Source: a virus | Reading direction: 5' to 3' (one strand) | Length of the DNA stretch: 64,000 bases | Virus record (IMG/VR): IMGVR_UViG_3300030099_006533 | The notes under the pieces: generated by a model | The model's database searches: none | What the model was told of the DNA's origin: nothing | The model's input: only the letters and a program-made list of their open reading frames with translations | Position numbers and translations under genes: made by a program | Shown: positions 52,469-61,409 of the stretch, piece by piece | Layout: every line of letters starts with the position of its first letter | How positions within the stretch are numbered: position 1 is the first letter of the stretch

Positions 52469-54580
52469 ATGAATATGAAAGATTTTAATTTACTTACAGA
52501 TGAAGAAATCAAAGAAGTTATAGCTGAAGTGTTAGGAGAGGCTACATCGCCGCCAGCAGGTGGCGGCATTCAAAGTGCGGCTACTGCTGAAGAAGACTCT
52601 GAAGAAGAGGGCGAAGAGCAAGAAGATACGACTGCTAATACAAACACGACTAGCGGTGACGAAACCCCAGATACTAGAGGTCAAATTGGCGTAGATCAGC
52701 ATGCAGCGGGGCGAGTCGGAGGAGGCCTACAGGATAGAGGTGACCCAGGAATTAAAAGCAGTCTTGCATATGCTCAGCAAAGGGGAGTTACTTCTGCAGC
52801 GTCAGGAGATATTAACCCTTCTAGAACAAAAGATGCGCGAGGACTGGCTCAGCGCGTGGCCGGAGGCGTACAAAGTGCTCTTACTGGTAAAGATACTGTT
52901 GGCGGAGGAGCCACAAGCAATAAGTACGGTGAGCCAGGAGTGGCAGCTGCTGATGGTAACAAGTTGGGCGGGCCCGACAACATTGATAAGCCCGAATTTT
53001 GGACACTTACAGATTCTAACTGGTATACAGGAGGAAGCTCAAAAACTGCACCTGCCGCGGTAAGACGTAGAATTCAAAAAAGGTATGGTGGAATCCCTAT
53101 GTCCCCGGACCATGTTGTTAATGATTATATTTTTAGTCGTCACGGTCTTGGGGCAGGAGATATTACTTCGCAGATGGCCAACACAGAGCGTAAAATGACT
53201 TTGGCCAAAATCGATCAATTGATTAAAACAGCACAAAAAACAAAAGGTACAGAAGATGGGCCAGACCATGCAGAAAAAGTCCTCCGGTATCTTGACGCGC
53301 TGTTGGCCTTAACTATTAAAGAAGACCCAGGTGGTAAAGTGCCCCCTGGTAAATCTCCCGAGGCCGATCCTGAGCCAGGACCTGAACCTGAGCCTACTCC
53401 CGACCCAGAAGAGCCAGAGGCTGCTGATGATGACAAAAGAAAGGTCGGCGCTGTTAACTTTATGATGTCGGCCCGCGGTGCTGACCCCGACAAATATCCA
53501 GACGTTTCTGACAAGGACATTCGTGAATTAGCTGCAGCCGTAAATGATGATTTAAACTTTGTTGCTGAACGTAAGTCTAAAGAAATGCCAAAAACAAAAG
53601 AGTTCCTTACAAAGTGGTTTAACTCTAATAAAGGCATTCAACAGGGACTTAAGGTTGCCGGGCAATCTGGGTTGTCTGCGGACGTAGCCAAGCGGGCCCT
53701 TCCAGAACTCGCAAAGGGAGCTAATGCTTTTAAGGGCATGATGGCCTTGCTTGTAGATTATCTCAAGACAACAGAATCTTCAGTCACTCGCGACCTATAT
53801 CAGACTTATAAGCAGCTGTTTGATAGTGCTAGTAATGCTGTGGCTACAATGAAGGGTCTTGATTCGGGTGGTGGTGAAGAAAAAGCTCCAGAAGAGCCAA
53901 AACCAGAAGAACCACAGGAAAAAGAACCCGAAGAAAAAGAAAAAGAGACCAAGAAAAAAGGTCCAAAATATATTTTAAACCCATCAGATAAGGCAGCCAA
54001 TGCAAAGATTAGTAGATTGATTCAAAGAGCATACGAATCTCAGAAATCAAAGCACCCCGAAGGTTCTAGTTTCGAAAATGACTTTGCTGAATTTATTAAT
54101 GATCTTGGAAGAGTTAAGTTTGAAAAAGCCGCCAGGGTTAAGCCGCTTGAAGAAATTGCAGGTGCGGCTTTAGGAAACATTTTTGCACTTAGTAGTGGAG
54201 ATGAGGTTACTCCTCAAGAACAGGGGCGCATCCGAGATGCTTTAGCTGCATTAGGTGCGGCCCGAAGAAAGAATACTGGCAGCTATCGTATTATGCAAGC
54301 TTTGCGAAAAATTAAAATTAAGAAAAAGGGTGACAGTGCCGAAGCAAAAATGCTTGGCAATATGTGGAACTCTATCAAAAGAGCGCCTAAAGCTCAAAAG
54401 AAGAAGCAAAAGGCTGATGCTACTGCAGTTTCAAGCTCAAGTGCAGATACCGGACAGACAAGCGCAGGCTTCGTTGGTGATTTCATTCAAGACCCACCAG
54501 CTATTGCGGCCGAAGGCATGCTTAGTGAAAGCGTAATTAACAGATGGAAAACTATTTCTGGTGTTACTAGAGGCAAGTGA
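52469..54580 (+). CDS. 703-aa low-complexity protein, putative virion core protein
   Basis: Gly/Ala-rich and PEPE tracts; LGE, LEE, LSE motifs. Confidence 0.75.
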   Translation: MNMKDFNLLTDEEIKEVIAEVLGEATSPPAGGGIQSAATAEEDSEEEGEEQEDTTANTNTTSGDETPDTRGQIGVDQHAAGRVGGGLQDRGDPGIKSSLAYAQQRGVTSAASGDINPSRTKDARGLAQRVAGGVQSALTGKDTVGGGATSNKYGEPGVAAADGNKLGGPDNIDKPEFWTLTDSNWYTGGSSKTAPAAVRRRIQKRYGGIPMSPDHVVNDYIFSRHGLGAGDITSQMANTERKMTLAKIDQLIKTAQKTKGTEDGPDHAEKVLRYLDALLALTIKEDPGGKVPPGKSPEADPEPGPEPEPTPDPEEPEAADDDKRKVGAVNFMMSARGADPDKYPDVSDKDIRELAAAVNDDLNFVAERKSKEMPKTKEFLTKWFNSNKGIQQGLKVAGQSGLSADVAKRALPELAKGANAFKGMMALLVDYLKTTESSVTRDLYQTYKQLFDSASNAVATMKGLDSGGGEEKAPEEPKPEEPQEKEPEEKEKETKKKGPKYILNPSDKAANAKISRLIQRAYESQKSKHPEGSSFENDFAEFINDLGRVKFEKAARVKPLEEIAGAALGNIFALSSGDEVTPQEQGRIRDALAALGAARRKNTGSYRIMQALRKIKIKKKGDSAEAKMLGNMWNSIKRAPKAQKKKQKADATAVSSSSADTGQTSAGFVGDFIQDPPAIAAEGMLSESVINRWKTISGVTRGK

Positions 54581-55101
54581 TGAACAACAACTACTACACA
54601 GTCCAGAATAACTCAAAGTTAGACTTAACTGAAGTTGAAGACTTGCTTGGTAGTTTTATGCCCTTTTCAAAAAAGCGCCTTGGGTGGAATAAGCCTGTTT
54701 CAATTCACTTTGAATCAGACGTTGCGAATGGAAGTAACATCTTGGGCAAAACAGCTTATTATGATCCTAACAATATGAGCGTTACATTGTTTACTGACTT
54801 TCGTCATCCAAAAGATATTATGCGCTCACTCTCACATGAACTTGTGCATCATACACAAAATTGCAGAGGTGAATTTGAGGGTGCTAGCGAAATGGGCGAA
54901 GGATACGCTCAGGCCGACGAACATTTACGAAATATGGAAAAAGAAGCCTATTTACAAGGCAACATGTGTTTTCGCGATTGGGAAGACACATATAAACATG
55001 ACTTAGCGACTAATTATACTGACGTAAGCGCGATGATCACCGAGAAAAAAGAGCGTTTATTCGGTTTACTAACCAAACAAATTATTAAGGAGAAAATATA
55101 A
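54577..55101 (+). CDS. zincin-like metallopeptidase
   Basis: AYYDP....ITLF, MRSLSHELVHHTQ, E.EAY. Confidence 0.8.
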   Translation: MMNNNYYTVQNNSKLDLTEVEDLLGSFMPFSKKRLGWNKPVSIHFESDVANGSNILGKTAYYDPNNMSVTLFTDFRHPKDIMRSLSHELVHHTQNCRGEFEGASEMGEGYAQADEHLRNMEKEAYLQGNMCFRDWEDTYKHDLATNYTDVSAMITEKKERLFGLLTKQIIKEKI

Positions 55102-55568
55102 TGATTCATGGTAAGAAACGAAATGGCGATCTTTTTAAGCGCCTAACTGAAAGTTGGGGTTATACAAAACCCGAAACTGTTGAAGAGGAAACTACTCCTC
55201 TTGACGAAGAAATGGCTGCTGATACCGAGACCGTAACCGAAGAGGAAGAGGTTCAGGAAGAAGGCGGTGTGTACAATCGCGAGCGCAAGGATGACGAGCT
55301 TGAGGAAATGGCTTATAAGGCCGATGAAGAGGACCGGGGAGAAGTGGATGAGGCCTCAACAAAGGGTCTACCAGACCGCGTGGCCGGGCGGAATGCTGCC
55401 CGTCGACTCCGCCCCGCAGAAGGAGTTGAGGCTGCTGCAGATGAAGAGGTCGTCGCAGAAGCCGACGAAGAAGTTGTTGAAGAGGTTGAAGAAGAGGATG
55501 ACAAGCTTGAAGAAGCTATCCGACGCGTAGTTGTTCAGGCACTTAACACAATTAAAGCCAATAAGTAG
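55101..55568 (+). CDS. very acidic hypothetical protein
   Basis: E-rich; LTE, LEE motifs. Confidence 0.7.
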   Translation: MIHGKKRNGDLFKRLTESWGYTKPETVEEETTPLDEEMAADTETVTEEEEVQEEGGVYNRERKDDELEEMAYKADEEDRGEVDEASTKGLPDRVAGRNAARRLRPAEGVEAAADEEVVAEADEEVVEEVEEEDDKLEEAIRRVVVQALNTIKANK

Positions 55569-55576
55569 GGTTCTAA

Positions 55577-55843
55577 ATGAGCAAGCCAATTGATTTTGAT
55601 CGCATGACCCGAGAGTTTCTTTCGGGTATCACATTAGAGGAGAACCATAACGCAGACGTTTGGGTATACATTCAGAGCGTTATGGAATCCTTACAAGCGC
55701 TTTCGCCACGCACAAAGGCTGGTGAGCGTAAAATTACACTTGCTCTAGAACACATGAAAAAGATTCGTCGCCATACGCGCCGTTTAGAAGAAAGAGTCCG
55801 TGTCCTAGAGGAAAATAATCAGGTCTTAGAAGAGGGAGAATAA
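55577..55843 (+). CDS. coiled-coil hypothetical protein
   Basis: DFDRMT start similar to 4588 gene; heptad C-terminus. Confidence 0.65.
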   Translation: MSKPIDFDRMTREFLSGITLEENHNADVWVYIQSVMESLQALSPRTKAGERKITLALEHMKKIRRHTRRLEERVRVLEENNQVLEEGE

Positions 55844-58032
55844 TGCGCAAACTTTTGTTAGAAGGTGGAGTTGCAGGCCACCTGTCACACCTTTATGATA
55901 ACCGTCAACTGACGGCGAACAAAATGTTAAAGATTCTCTCTATGGCATCAAATGGTGAGCTTATTGGTACTGAAAAGACTGATGGGTTTAACATTTATCT
56001 AGGTTTCCGCGATGGGGAGGCACGCTACGCTCGCAACAAGGGAGATATGCGTGCGGGGGGTCGCCGGATGGAGGATCTCGTTAATCGAGAGTTTGCCGGT
56101 GGCCAACAAGTTAAAGATGTTTACCTTAAAGCCTTTGGGGCTTTTTCTGATTTTGTCAATAAGCTCCCTCCAAATACACAGGCTTCAATTTTTGGTGAAG
56201 ATGGTTCTGTTTTCTATAATACAGAGATTCAGGGCCCGGGCGCAAACAACGTTGTAACGTATGACGCTAATGTTGTTTCTATTCACCATGGTGGGCACAA
56301 AAGGTATGATGCGGAGACAGATACCGTAGAAGTAGTTGATGCAGAACAGAACGCAAAGATTCTAGATCGTGCTATTGACTCCATCGAGCAAGACGCGTCA
56401 GGTCAAAATTTTAGTGTAAGACGAACAGCCATGTTAAGGTTGCGTAAACTTACCGACGATACAGACTTCCGCATTGTAAAAGCAAAGATTGAAAAGGCCG
56501 GTTTTACAGGCAACATGACGATTGAGGAGTATCTTGAAATGAAGATCGCTCCACAAATTAAAAATATGATGCCTCACTTGGATCCTGCCGTGCGTCAAAT
56601 GATGGTCGATTATATCTTAACTAGAAAAAATGAGGAAGGTCAAAAGGTAAAACTTAACAATATCTATAAGGGTTTTCCTTTAGAGCAACGCCGTAAAATT
56701 CGTAAGATTGTCAAGGACGACGCCGGCAGAATGATCAAGAACGCTATTTGGCCACTTGAGACGGCTATTCATGATTTCGCTGTTGAGCTTTTAAGGGGTC
56801 TAGAAAGCGCCTATATCCTTGATAACAACAAAGAAGTGGCTAGACTTAGGAGAGAGGTTGGAAGCGCTGTCAGAGCCATCCAGACGTATTCTGGTGAAGG
56901 TGCTGATGAGGCTCGTAATGTTTTAGCTCAGCAACTAGAAAAAATTAAACATCTAGACAATATCGATTCTGCCGTTGAAGGCTTTGTTTTTATTCACGAT
57001 GACCAGATGTACAAGTTCACAGGAAACTTTGCACCAGTTAACCAGATTCTTGGTTTATTCAAGTATGGCCGTGGAAGCGTCCCAGCCATCAAGAGAAGCC
57101 CTGCCAAGTCTGAAGAGCCGCAGGAGTTAGACGAGCTTGAACAAGTGCCTCAGAGCGGCCCTGAGCGCATTGTAGCTGTGCTTCCCGGGGCATTTAAGCC
57201 TCCTCATAAGGGACACTTTGATATGGCCCTGCATTACGCTGGAATCGCTGATGTTGTTTATATCTATATTAGCAGAATTGCTAGAGACAATATTGACTTT
57301 GAAACCTCTCGACTTATTTGGAATACCTACAAGGCCGCTTCTAAAAACCCTGATGCTTCAAAGATTGAAGTTATTGGTAAGCCTTCCGAAAACGCTTCCC
57401 CCGTTGGAGCAGCCTATGAGTTTGTAGGAAACAAAAATTCAGATCCATTGTTGGCTCAGCCTGGAGATCTTGTTATCTTAGCCGCTAGTGATAAACCAGA
57501 CGATAAAGGCGTTCCAGACTTTATGAGATTTAAAGGAGGAGGTCAATACTTTGGTCACGGCGTCCTGGGCGGAGAAGAAGAACCGTCCACTGGTATCCCT
57601 ATCGAAACCCTTAAAAGTCACTTCGAAGTTGATGATGAACCATTAAGTGCTCGGAATCTTCGTCGCGCTGTAGAAACCAACGACGTCGATGTTATTAGAA
57701 GATACCTTCCAGAAGATGTTATTACCAACGATCAGGCGCTCGCTTCTATCTTCGATATTCTTGATGTGTCTTTAAATTCTACTGCTCCCCTGGAAGAGCT
57801 TTTACTTAGGCTTGTAGAAGAGCAACTATCTCCTGAAGTATTTGCTAAGGCTGCAAATATGAAAAAGCAGGGTAAGCTTAAAAAAGAAGAAGACGAATTA
57901 GAAGAGGTTTCTGTGGCTGCCGGCGGTGTAGCTGGTTCACCCGGCGCATTTAAAAGGCGTAGAAGAAATGTTAATAAGGAACAGCTAATTCAAAAAGTAA
58001 CAGACTATTTACTTACGAGGTCTAAATCATGA
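55843..58032 (+). CDS. fusion of an EKxDG ligase-like domain and a HxGH cytidyltransferase-like domain
   Basis: GTEKTDGFNI, VEGFVF, YKFTG; VLPGAFKPPHKGHFDM; LSARNLR. Confidence 0.78.
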   Translation: MRKLLLEGGVAGHLSHLYDNRQLTANKMLKILSMASNGELIGTEKTDGFNIYLGFRDGEARYARNKGDMRAGGRRMEDLVNREFAGGQQVKDVYLKAFGAFSDFVNKLPPNTQASIFGEDGSVFYNTEIQGPGANNVVTYDANVVSIHHGGHKRYDAETDTVEVVDAEQNAKILDRAIDSIEQDASGQNFSVRRTAMLRLRKLTDDTDFRIVKAKIEKAGFTGNMTIEEYLEMKIAPQIKNMMPHLDPAVRQMMVDYILTRKNEEGQKVKLNNIYKGFPLEQRRKIRKIVKDDAGRMIKNAIWPLETAIHDFAVELLRGLESAYILDNNKEVARLRREVGSAVRAIQTYSGEGADEARNVLAQQLEKIKHLDNIDSAVEGFVFIHDDQMYKFTGNFAPVNQILGLFKYGRGSVPAIKRSPAKSEEPQELDELEQVPQSGPERIVAVLPGAFKPPHKGHFDMALHYAGIADVVYIYISRIARDNIDFETSRLIWNTYKAASKNPDASKIEVIGKPSENASPVGAAYEFVGNKNSDPLLAQPGDLVILAASDKPDDKGVPDFMRFKGGGQYFGHGVLGGEEEPSTGIPIETLKSHFEVDDEPLSARNLRRAVETNDVDVIRRYLPEDVITNDQALASIFDILDVSLNSTAPLEELLLRLVEEQLSPEVFAKAANMKKQGKLKKEEDELEEVSVAAGGVAGSPGAFKRRRRNVNKEQLIQKVTDYLLTRSKS

Positions 58033-58889
58033 ACGATAAAGAATTACAAAGATTAGAGTTTTTAAAAGAGATTAAGGGTCGCGAGTTGATGCGCAAGGCA
58101 ATTCGTAAAGCCATCCATACTGTAATTGAAAATAAAAAACAAGAAATGTTTGATGAAGTCATTGCAGAGCAAGACGAAATTCGACTGCGGGCTCACATTC
58201 GTAACATCTTAAGTGAGGCTGCAACTGCAGATACAGACCCTGCGCCGCATAGGTCGACTGGTATTAATGTGCTTTCTGATCTTCTCAAGAAAATTATTTC
58301 AATTCTAGAAGATGACTTCAAGATCCTAACAACCAGTTCGGAGCAGCGACAGTCTTTCAGGGCACACATTATTCATGGCGTACAAAATGCATTAGCTCCA
58401 CTAAGAAGTACTGAGGCCGCCGGAAAAGCTGCTGGTCTTGCGGAAGTAGAAATCAAAGTTGGCGATGAAGCAGACCCTGACAAAGAGGCGTTTATCGATG
58501 TAACAGACTCAGCCGCTGATGACACAGTAAGTCCTGAAGAAGAGTTTGGTGCAGGTCTAGAAGGAGCAGATCAAACTGGTCGAAATATGGCATATGCTTC
58601 GTTTAAAAAGATTGAGCAAAACATTATTGATGCTTACGAGTTGTTGCACAATGATAGTGACCGCGAGGTTTTCTACGATTATCTGATTACTAATCTAAAA
58701 CTATATTTTGATAAATTCGAAGATGAGCTGGCTTCTTCTCTACAAGAGCCTACAACTCCCGAATATGATCAAGCCACGGATGATACTGCGGTAGATGCTG
58801 ATGCGGGTATTTCTGATGAAGCACCTCCGGCTGAAGACGATCTAGGTGACGACCTGGGTGATGAATTAGGTGACGATATAGAGCTATAA
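58029..58889 (+). CDS. hypothetical protein with acidic C-terminus
   Basis: Long ORF; ILSE and LAE motifs. Confidence 0.75.
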   Translation: MNDKELQRLEFLKEIKGRELMRKAIRKAIHTVIENKKQEMFDEVIAEQDEIRLRAHIRNILSEAATADTDPAPHRSTGINVLSDLLKKIISILEDDFKILTTSSEQRQSFRAHIIHGVQNALAPLRSTEAAGKAAGLAEVEIKVGDEADPDKEAFIDVTDSAADDTVSPEEEFGAGLEGADQTGRNMAYASFKKIEQNIIDAYELLHNDSDREVFYDYLITNLKLYFDKFEDELASSLQEPTTPEYDQATDDTAVDADAGISDEAPPAEDDLGDDLGDELGDDIEL

Positions 58890-58893
58890 GGTT

Positions 58894-59232
58894 GTGTGGA
58901 ACAAGCTGTACAGATTTTTTCCAATCACATCTCAGCTTAGAACAATTGTAGCTCTTACCTTAATTGACCTTGTGTTTACCATCTACTGGGTAGGTGCTGG
59001 TCATGCAACGGAAGCCAATCCTCTACTGAACTATTTTTTGAATTACGGGATGGTGACATTTGCTTTTGTAAAATTAGCATTGGGCCTTGGCTCCATTTTG
59101 ATTTTGTTTAGGAATTTAAATCACTGGCTAGTAAAGCTGACAGTACCGATGATTTTGTTTTCTTATGTTTGGTTGACTCTACATCACTGCAGAGGAATAT
59201 ACTATTGGTTGATTAATTTATTGGCTGGTTAA
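58894..59232 (+). CDS. DUF5658-like membrane protein
   Basis: D..FT........EANPLL...L, K motif, three TMs. Confidence 0.7.
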   Translation: MWNKLYRFFPITSQLRTIVALTLIDLVFTIYWVGAGHATEANPLLNYFLNYGMVTFAFVKLALGLGSILILFRNLNHWLVKLTVPMILFSYVWLTLHHCRGIYYWLINLLAG

Positions 59233-59345
59233 GTTAGCAGGTAGTTTTTATAAAAGTTCAGTAGATCTAAGTTAGTTAAGTTAATTTAATATAAATTTAT
59301 TTATATTTATTATATTATTACTACTCCAAGTTTGAAGGTAATCCA

Positions 59346-59687
59346 ATGGGCCGGCAGGGCAAGAACAGATATTATAGTACTTCAAGAAAACTTAAATTTG
59401 CAGGAAAAACTTCCGAAGAATTTGAGGCCATGCTGGCAAACCTGAGCCTGGAAGAAATAATCGCACTTAAGCTGGAAATCTCAGCAAAAGTGATCAATAA
59501 TAAGTTATACGGTTTTGATCTTTGGAAAGCAGTCCCAAGAATAGCAAGAGATGCAGTTTTAAAATTTGTATATTCGGCCACTCAGTCTAAATCCGATGCG
59601 AGCAGGGTATTAGGAGTTAAGCAGGCAGAGTTTTCGAAATTATTAAAGATTTATGAAACTGAAAGCTATTTTATTAGTGAGGAGTAA
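59346..59687 (+). CDS. hypothetical protein with C-terminal Fis-like HTH
   Basis: QSKSDASRVLGVKQAEF. Confidence 0.65.
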   Translation: MGRQGKNRYYSTSRKLKFAGKTSEEFEAMLANLSLEEIIALKLEISAKVINNKLYGFDLWKAVPRIARDAVLKFVYSATQSKSDASRVLGVKQAEFSKLLKIYETESYFISEE

Positions 59688-59703
59688 AAACCTCAGATAG
59701 GAC

Positions 59704-59864
59704 AGGAATCGTCGGTCGAATTTAATTTTATGGGATTAAGGTTCAATGTTCGTAACGAACCTAGCCGAGTGTCAAGGGAGAAGAAATCCGAAATTGTAGG
59801 GCGGCAAATTAAAGACGAACTGGCATGGCGCAGAGCGAGGAGTTGCGTCCGACCGACTTTTCTT
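59704..59864 (+). ncRNA. weak structured RNA candidate
   Basis: Nested helices GTCGGTCG/CGACCGAC, TTTAATTT/AAATTAAA, GGATT/AATCC, GTTCG-TAA-CGAAC. Confidence 0.4.
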
Positions 59865-59975
59865 ACATATTTGTGTAAAAAATGTCAAATTTTAAAAATC
59901 AAAACGCTTTTAATAAAAGAAGAGGATATATAGAGTGCCGGCACAAAAACCTACGGCAAGGAGAACAAAAGAATA

Positions 59976-60209
59976 ATGTGGCAATTTTGGAAATGGAATG
60001 GGAAGTACATTCAGGGAGATCTGATTAGTACACACGACAGTAAAGAAATGGCCATCGAGCGAGCAGAAAAAGAATTCAACGGTGGCATCATCTTTACAGA
60101 AGAGGTCAGAAGAAGAAAAAAGAGAATTTGGGTTGATGATAAAGCCCACACACCGGTAGGAATTATCGTAAACACATCCAGCGGGGGTGCTAAGGTTTCG
60201 ACAGGGTAA
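59976..60209 (+). CDS. hypothetical protein; 3' end overlaps tmRNA 5' end
   Basis: AAGGAG upstream; stop at 60207-60209 inside ssrA. Confidence 0.55.
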   Translation: MWQFWKWNGKYIQGDLISTHDSKEMAIERAEKEFNGGIIFTEEVRRRKKRIWVDDKAHTPVGIIVNTSSGGAKVSTG

Positions 60210-60514
60210 GAAAGAGAAAGAGTGCAAGCAGGAAAGACACATCCTTAAAAGTTCAAAAACTATAGTTGCAAATAACAACGACTACTTCGAACAGCGCTTA
60301 GCCGCTTAATAGGGAGGCTGATCAGGGCCTTCTATCCAATCTGGTCACCCCAACAAACAAGTTGTAAAAATTAAAAAACTCAATGCAACAGGATGGTAAG
60401 CATTGTTTTATAACCATCTATCTTTGTCAGTAGGTGATAGAAACTGACTAAGCTTGTGAATGACTTCTATTGGACTTATTGTGGACGCGGGTTCGATTCC
60501 CGCCACCTCCACCA
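60183..60514 (+). ncRNA. ssrA: tmRNA with tag (A)ANNNDYFEQRLAA
   Basis: GGGGGTG/CACCTCC acceptor stem with G3:U70, TTCGAC, T-arm GCGGG-TTCGATT-CCCGC, ACCA end; resume codon GCA at 60268 after TAGTT; TAA TAG stops. Confidence 0.97.
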
Positions 60515-60530
60515 TGTTTTTAAAAAAAAC

Positions 60531-60559
60531 TAGACAATTTAAAAAAACGGTGTTATAGT
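60531..60559 (+). promoter_or_regulatory. sigma70-type promoter
   Basis: TAGACA-N17-TATAGT. Confidence 0.6.
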
Positions 60560-60591
60560 ATATAAACACTTCACAAAGGAGGCCGAAAGGC

Positions 60592-61041
60592 ATGAAAGTA
60601 GAAAACGGACATAATGTTAAAGTCCATTACCGAGGAACACTAACTGATGGTACTGAATTTGATAATTCTCGTACTCGCGGTGAAACACTAGATTTTACTG
60701 TAGGTAATGCGGGTCTTATCGCTGGATTTACTGATGCAGTGTTGGGAATGACTGTAGGAGAAACAAAGAATATCTCAATTCCGCCCGAGGAAGCTTATGG
60801 CCCTCGCATGGAAGAGGCAATTCAGGAGGTAGAAGCGTCCGCATTTACTTCTATTCCTGATATGGAAGTAGGGGGTTTAATTCAAGGAAATGGGCCTAAC
60901 GGCACTTTTGTTGCAAAGGTGGCTAATATTACCGAAACTCACGTTACTCTAGACCTCAATCATCCTCTTGCTGGGGAGACTCTAAATTTTGAGATTGAGC
61001 TTTTAGAAAGCGTAGAACCTACTGAGACAACCACGACCTAA
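60592..61041 (+). CDS. FKBP-type peptidyl-prolyl isomerase (SlyD/SlpA-like, no His-rich tail)
   Basis: VKVHYRGTLTDGTEFDNS, PPEEAYG, LDLNHPLAGETLNFEIE. Confidence 0.93.
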   Translation: MKVENGHNVKVHYRGTLTDGTEFDNSRTRGETLDFTVGNAGLIAGFTDAVLGMTVGETKNISIPPEEAYGPRMEEAIQEVEASAFTSIPDMEVGGLIQGNGPNGTFVAKVANITETHVTLDLNHPLAGETLNFEIELLESVEPTETTTT

Positions 61042-61072
61042 TTTAACTAAATTAGATTTTTTTTAATACTAG

Positions 61073-61098
61073 AGCGGCTCTTCGGAGCCGCTTTTTTT
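61073..61098 (+). terminator. Rho-independent terminator
   Basis: AGCGGCTC-TTCG-GAGCCGCT-TTTTTT. Confidence 0.9.
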
Positions 61099-61118
61099 AT
61101 TGTTTTAAAACGCCACGG

Positions 61119-61128
61119 ACTATTTACC
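61119..61128 (+). promoter_or_regulatory. CTANTTA motif (putative late promoter)
   Basis: ACTATTTACC after a terminator, before AGGAGG-ATG. Confidence 0.5.
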
Positions 61129-61148
61129 AAACACAGGAGGTAACCACT

Positions 61149-61283
61149 ATGCTAGATAAAGTAAGAGCAGCAGTTGCTTGTGCTTGTTCTGACCTACTCA
61201 GCGGTGATCATCGTTGGTGCGTCCGCGGCGCCCTCGCCGTTGGCGCAGTTGTAGGTTGGTTGGCAGGCGCTAGCCTTTGCTAG
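61149..61283 (+). CDS. 44-aa membrane peptide
   Basis: Read manually; AGGAGG RBS; C-terminal TM. Confidence 0.6.
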   Translation: MLDKVRAAVACACSDLLSGDHRWCVRGALAVGAVVGWLAGASLC

Positions 61284-61409
61284 GTTAACAAACAATGGTG
61301 TTCCCTTGTTTCACTGTTTCGCTGATTCAGTAACGAGGTGGGGCGGTTAGCTGGGTGGAGGCTTAACCAATAATTTAAAAAAAATAATATATTATGATAT
61401 TATTTTTAC

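Noticed and set aside
59775-59800. RNase P RNA (GGAGAAGAAATCCG resembles the P4 GAGGAAAGUCC)
   Set aside because: The match is loose, the 3' P4 strand consensus is absent, and the region is too short
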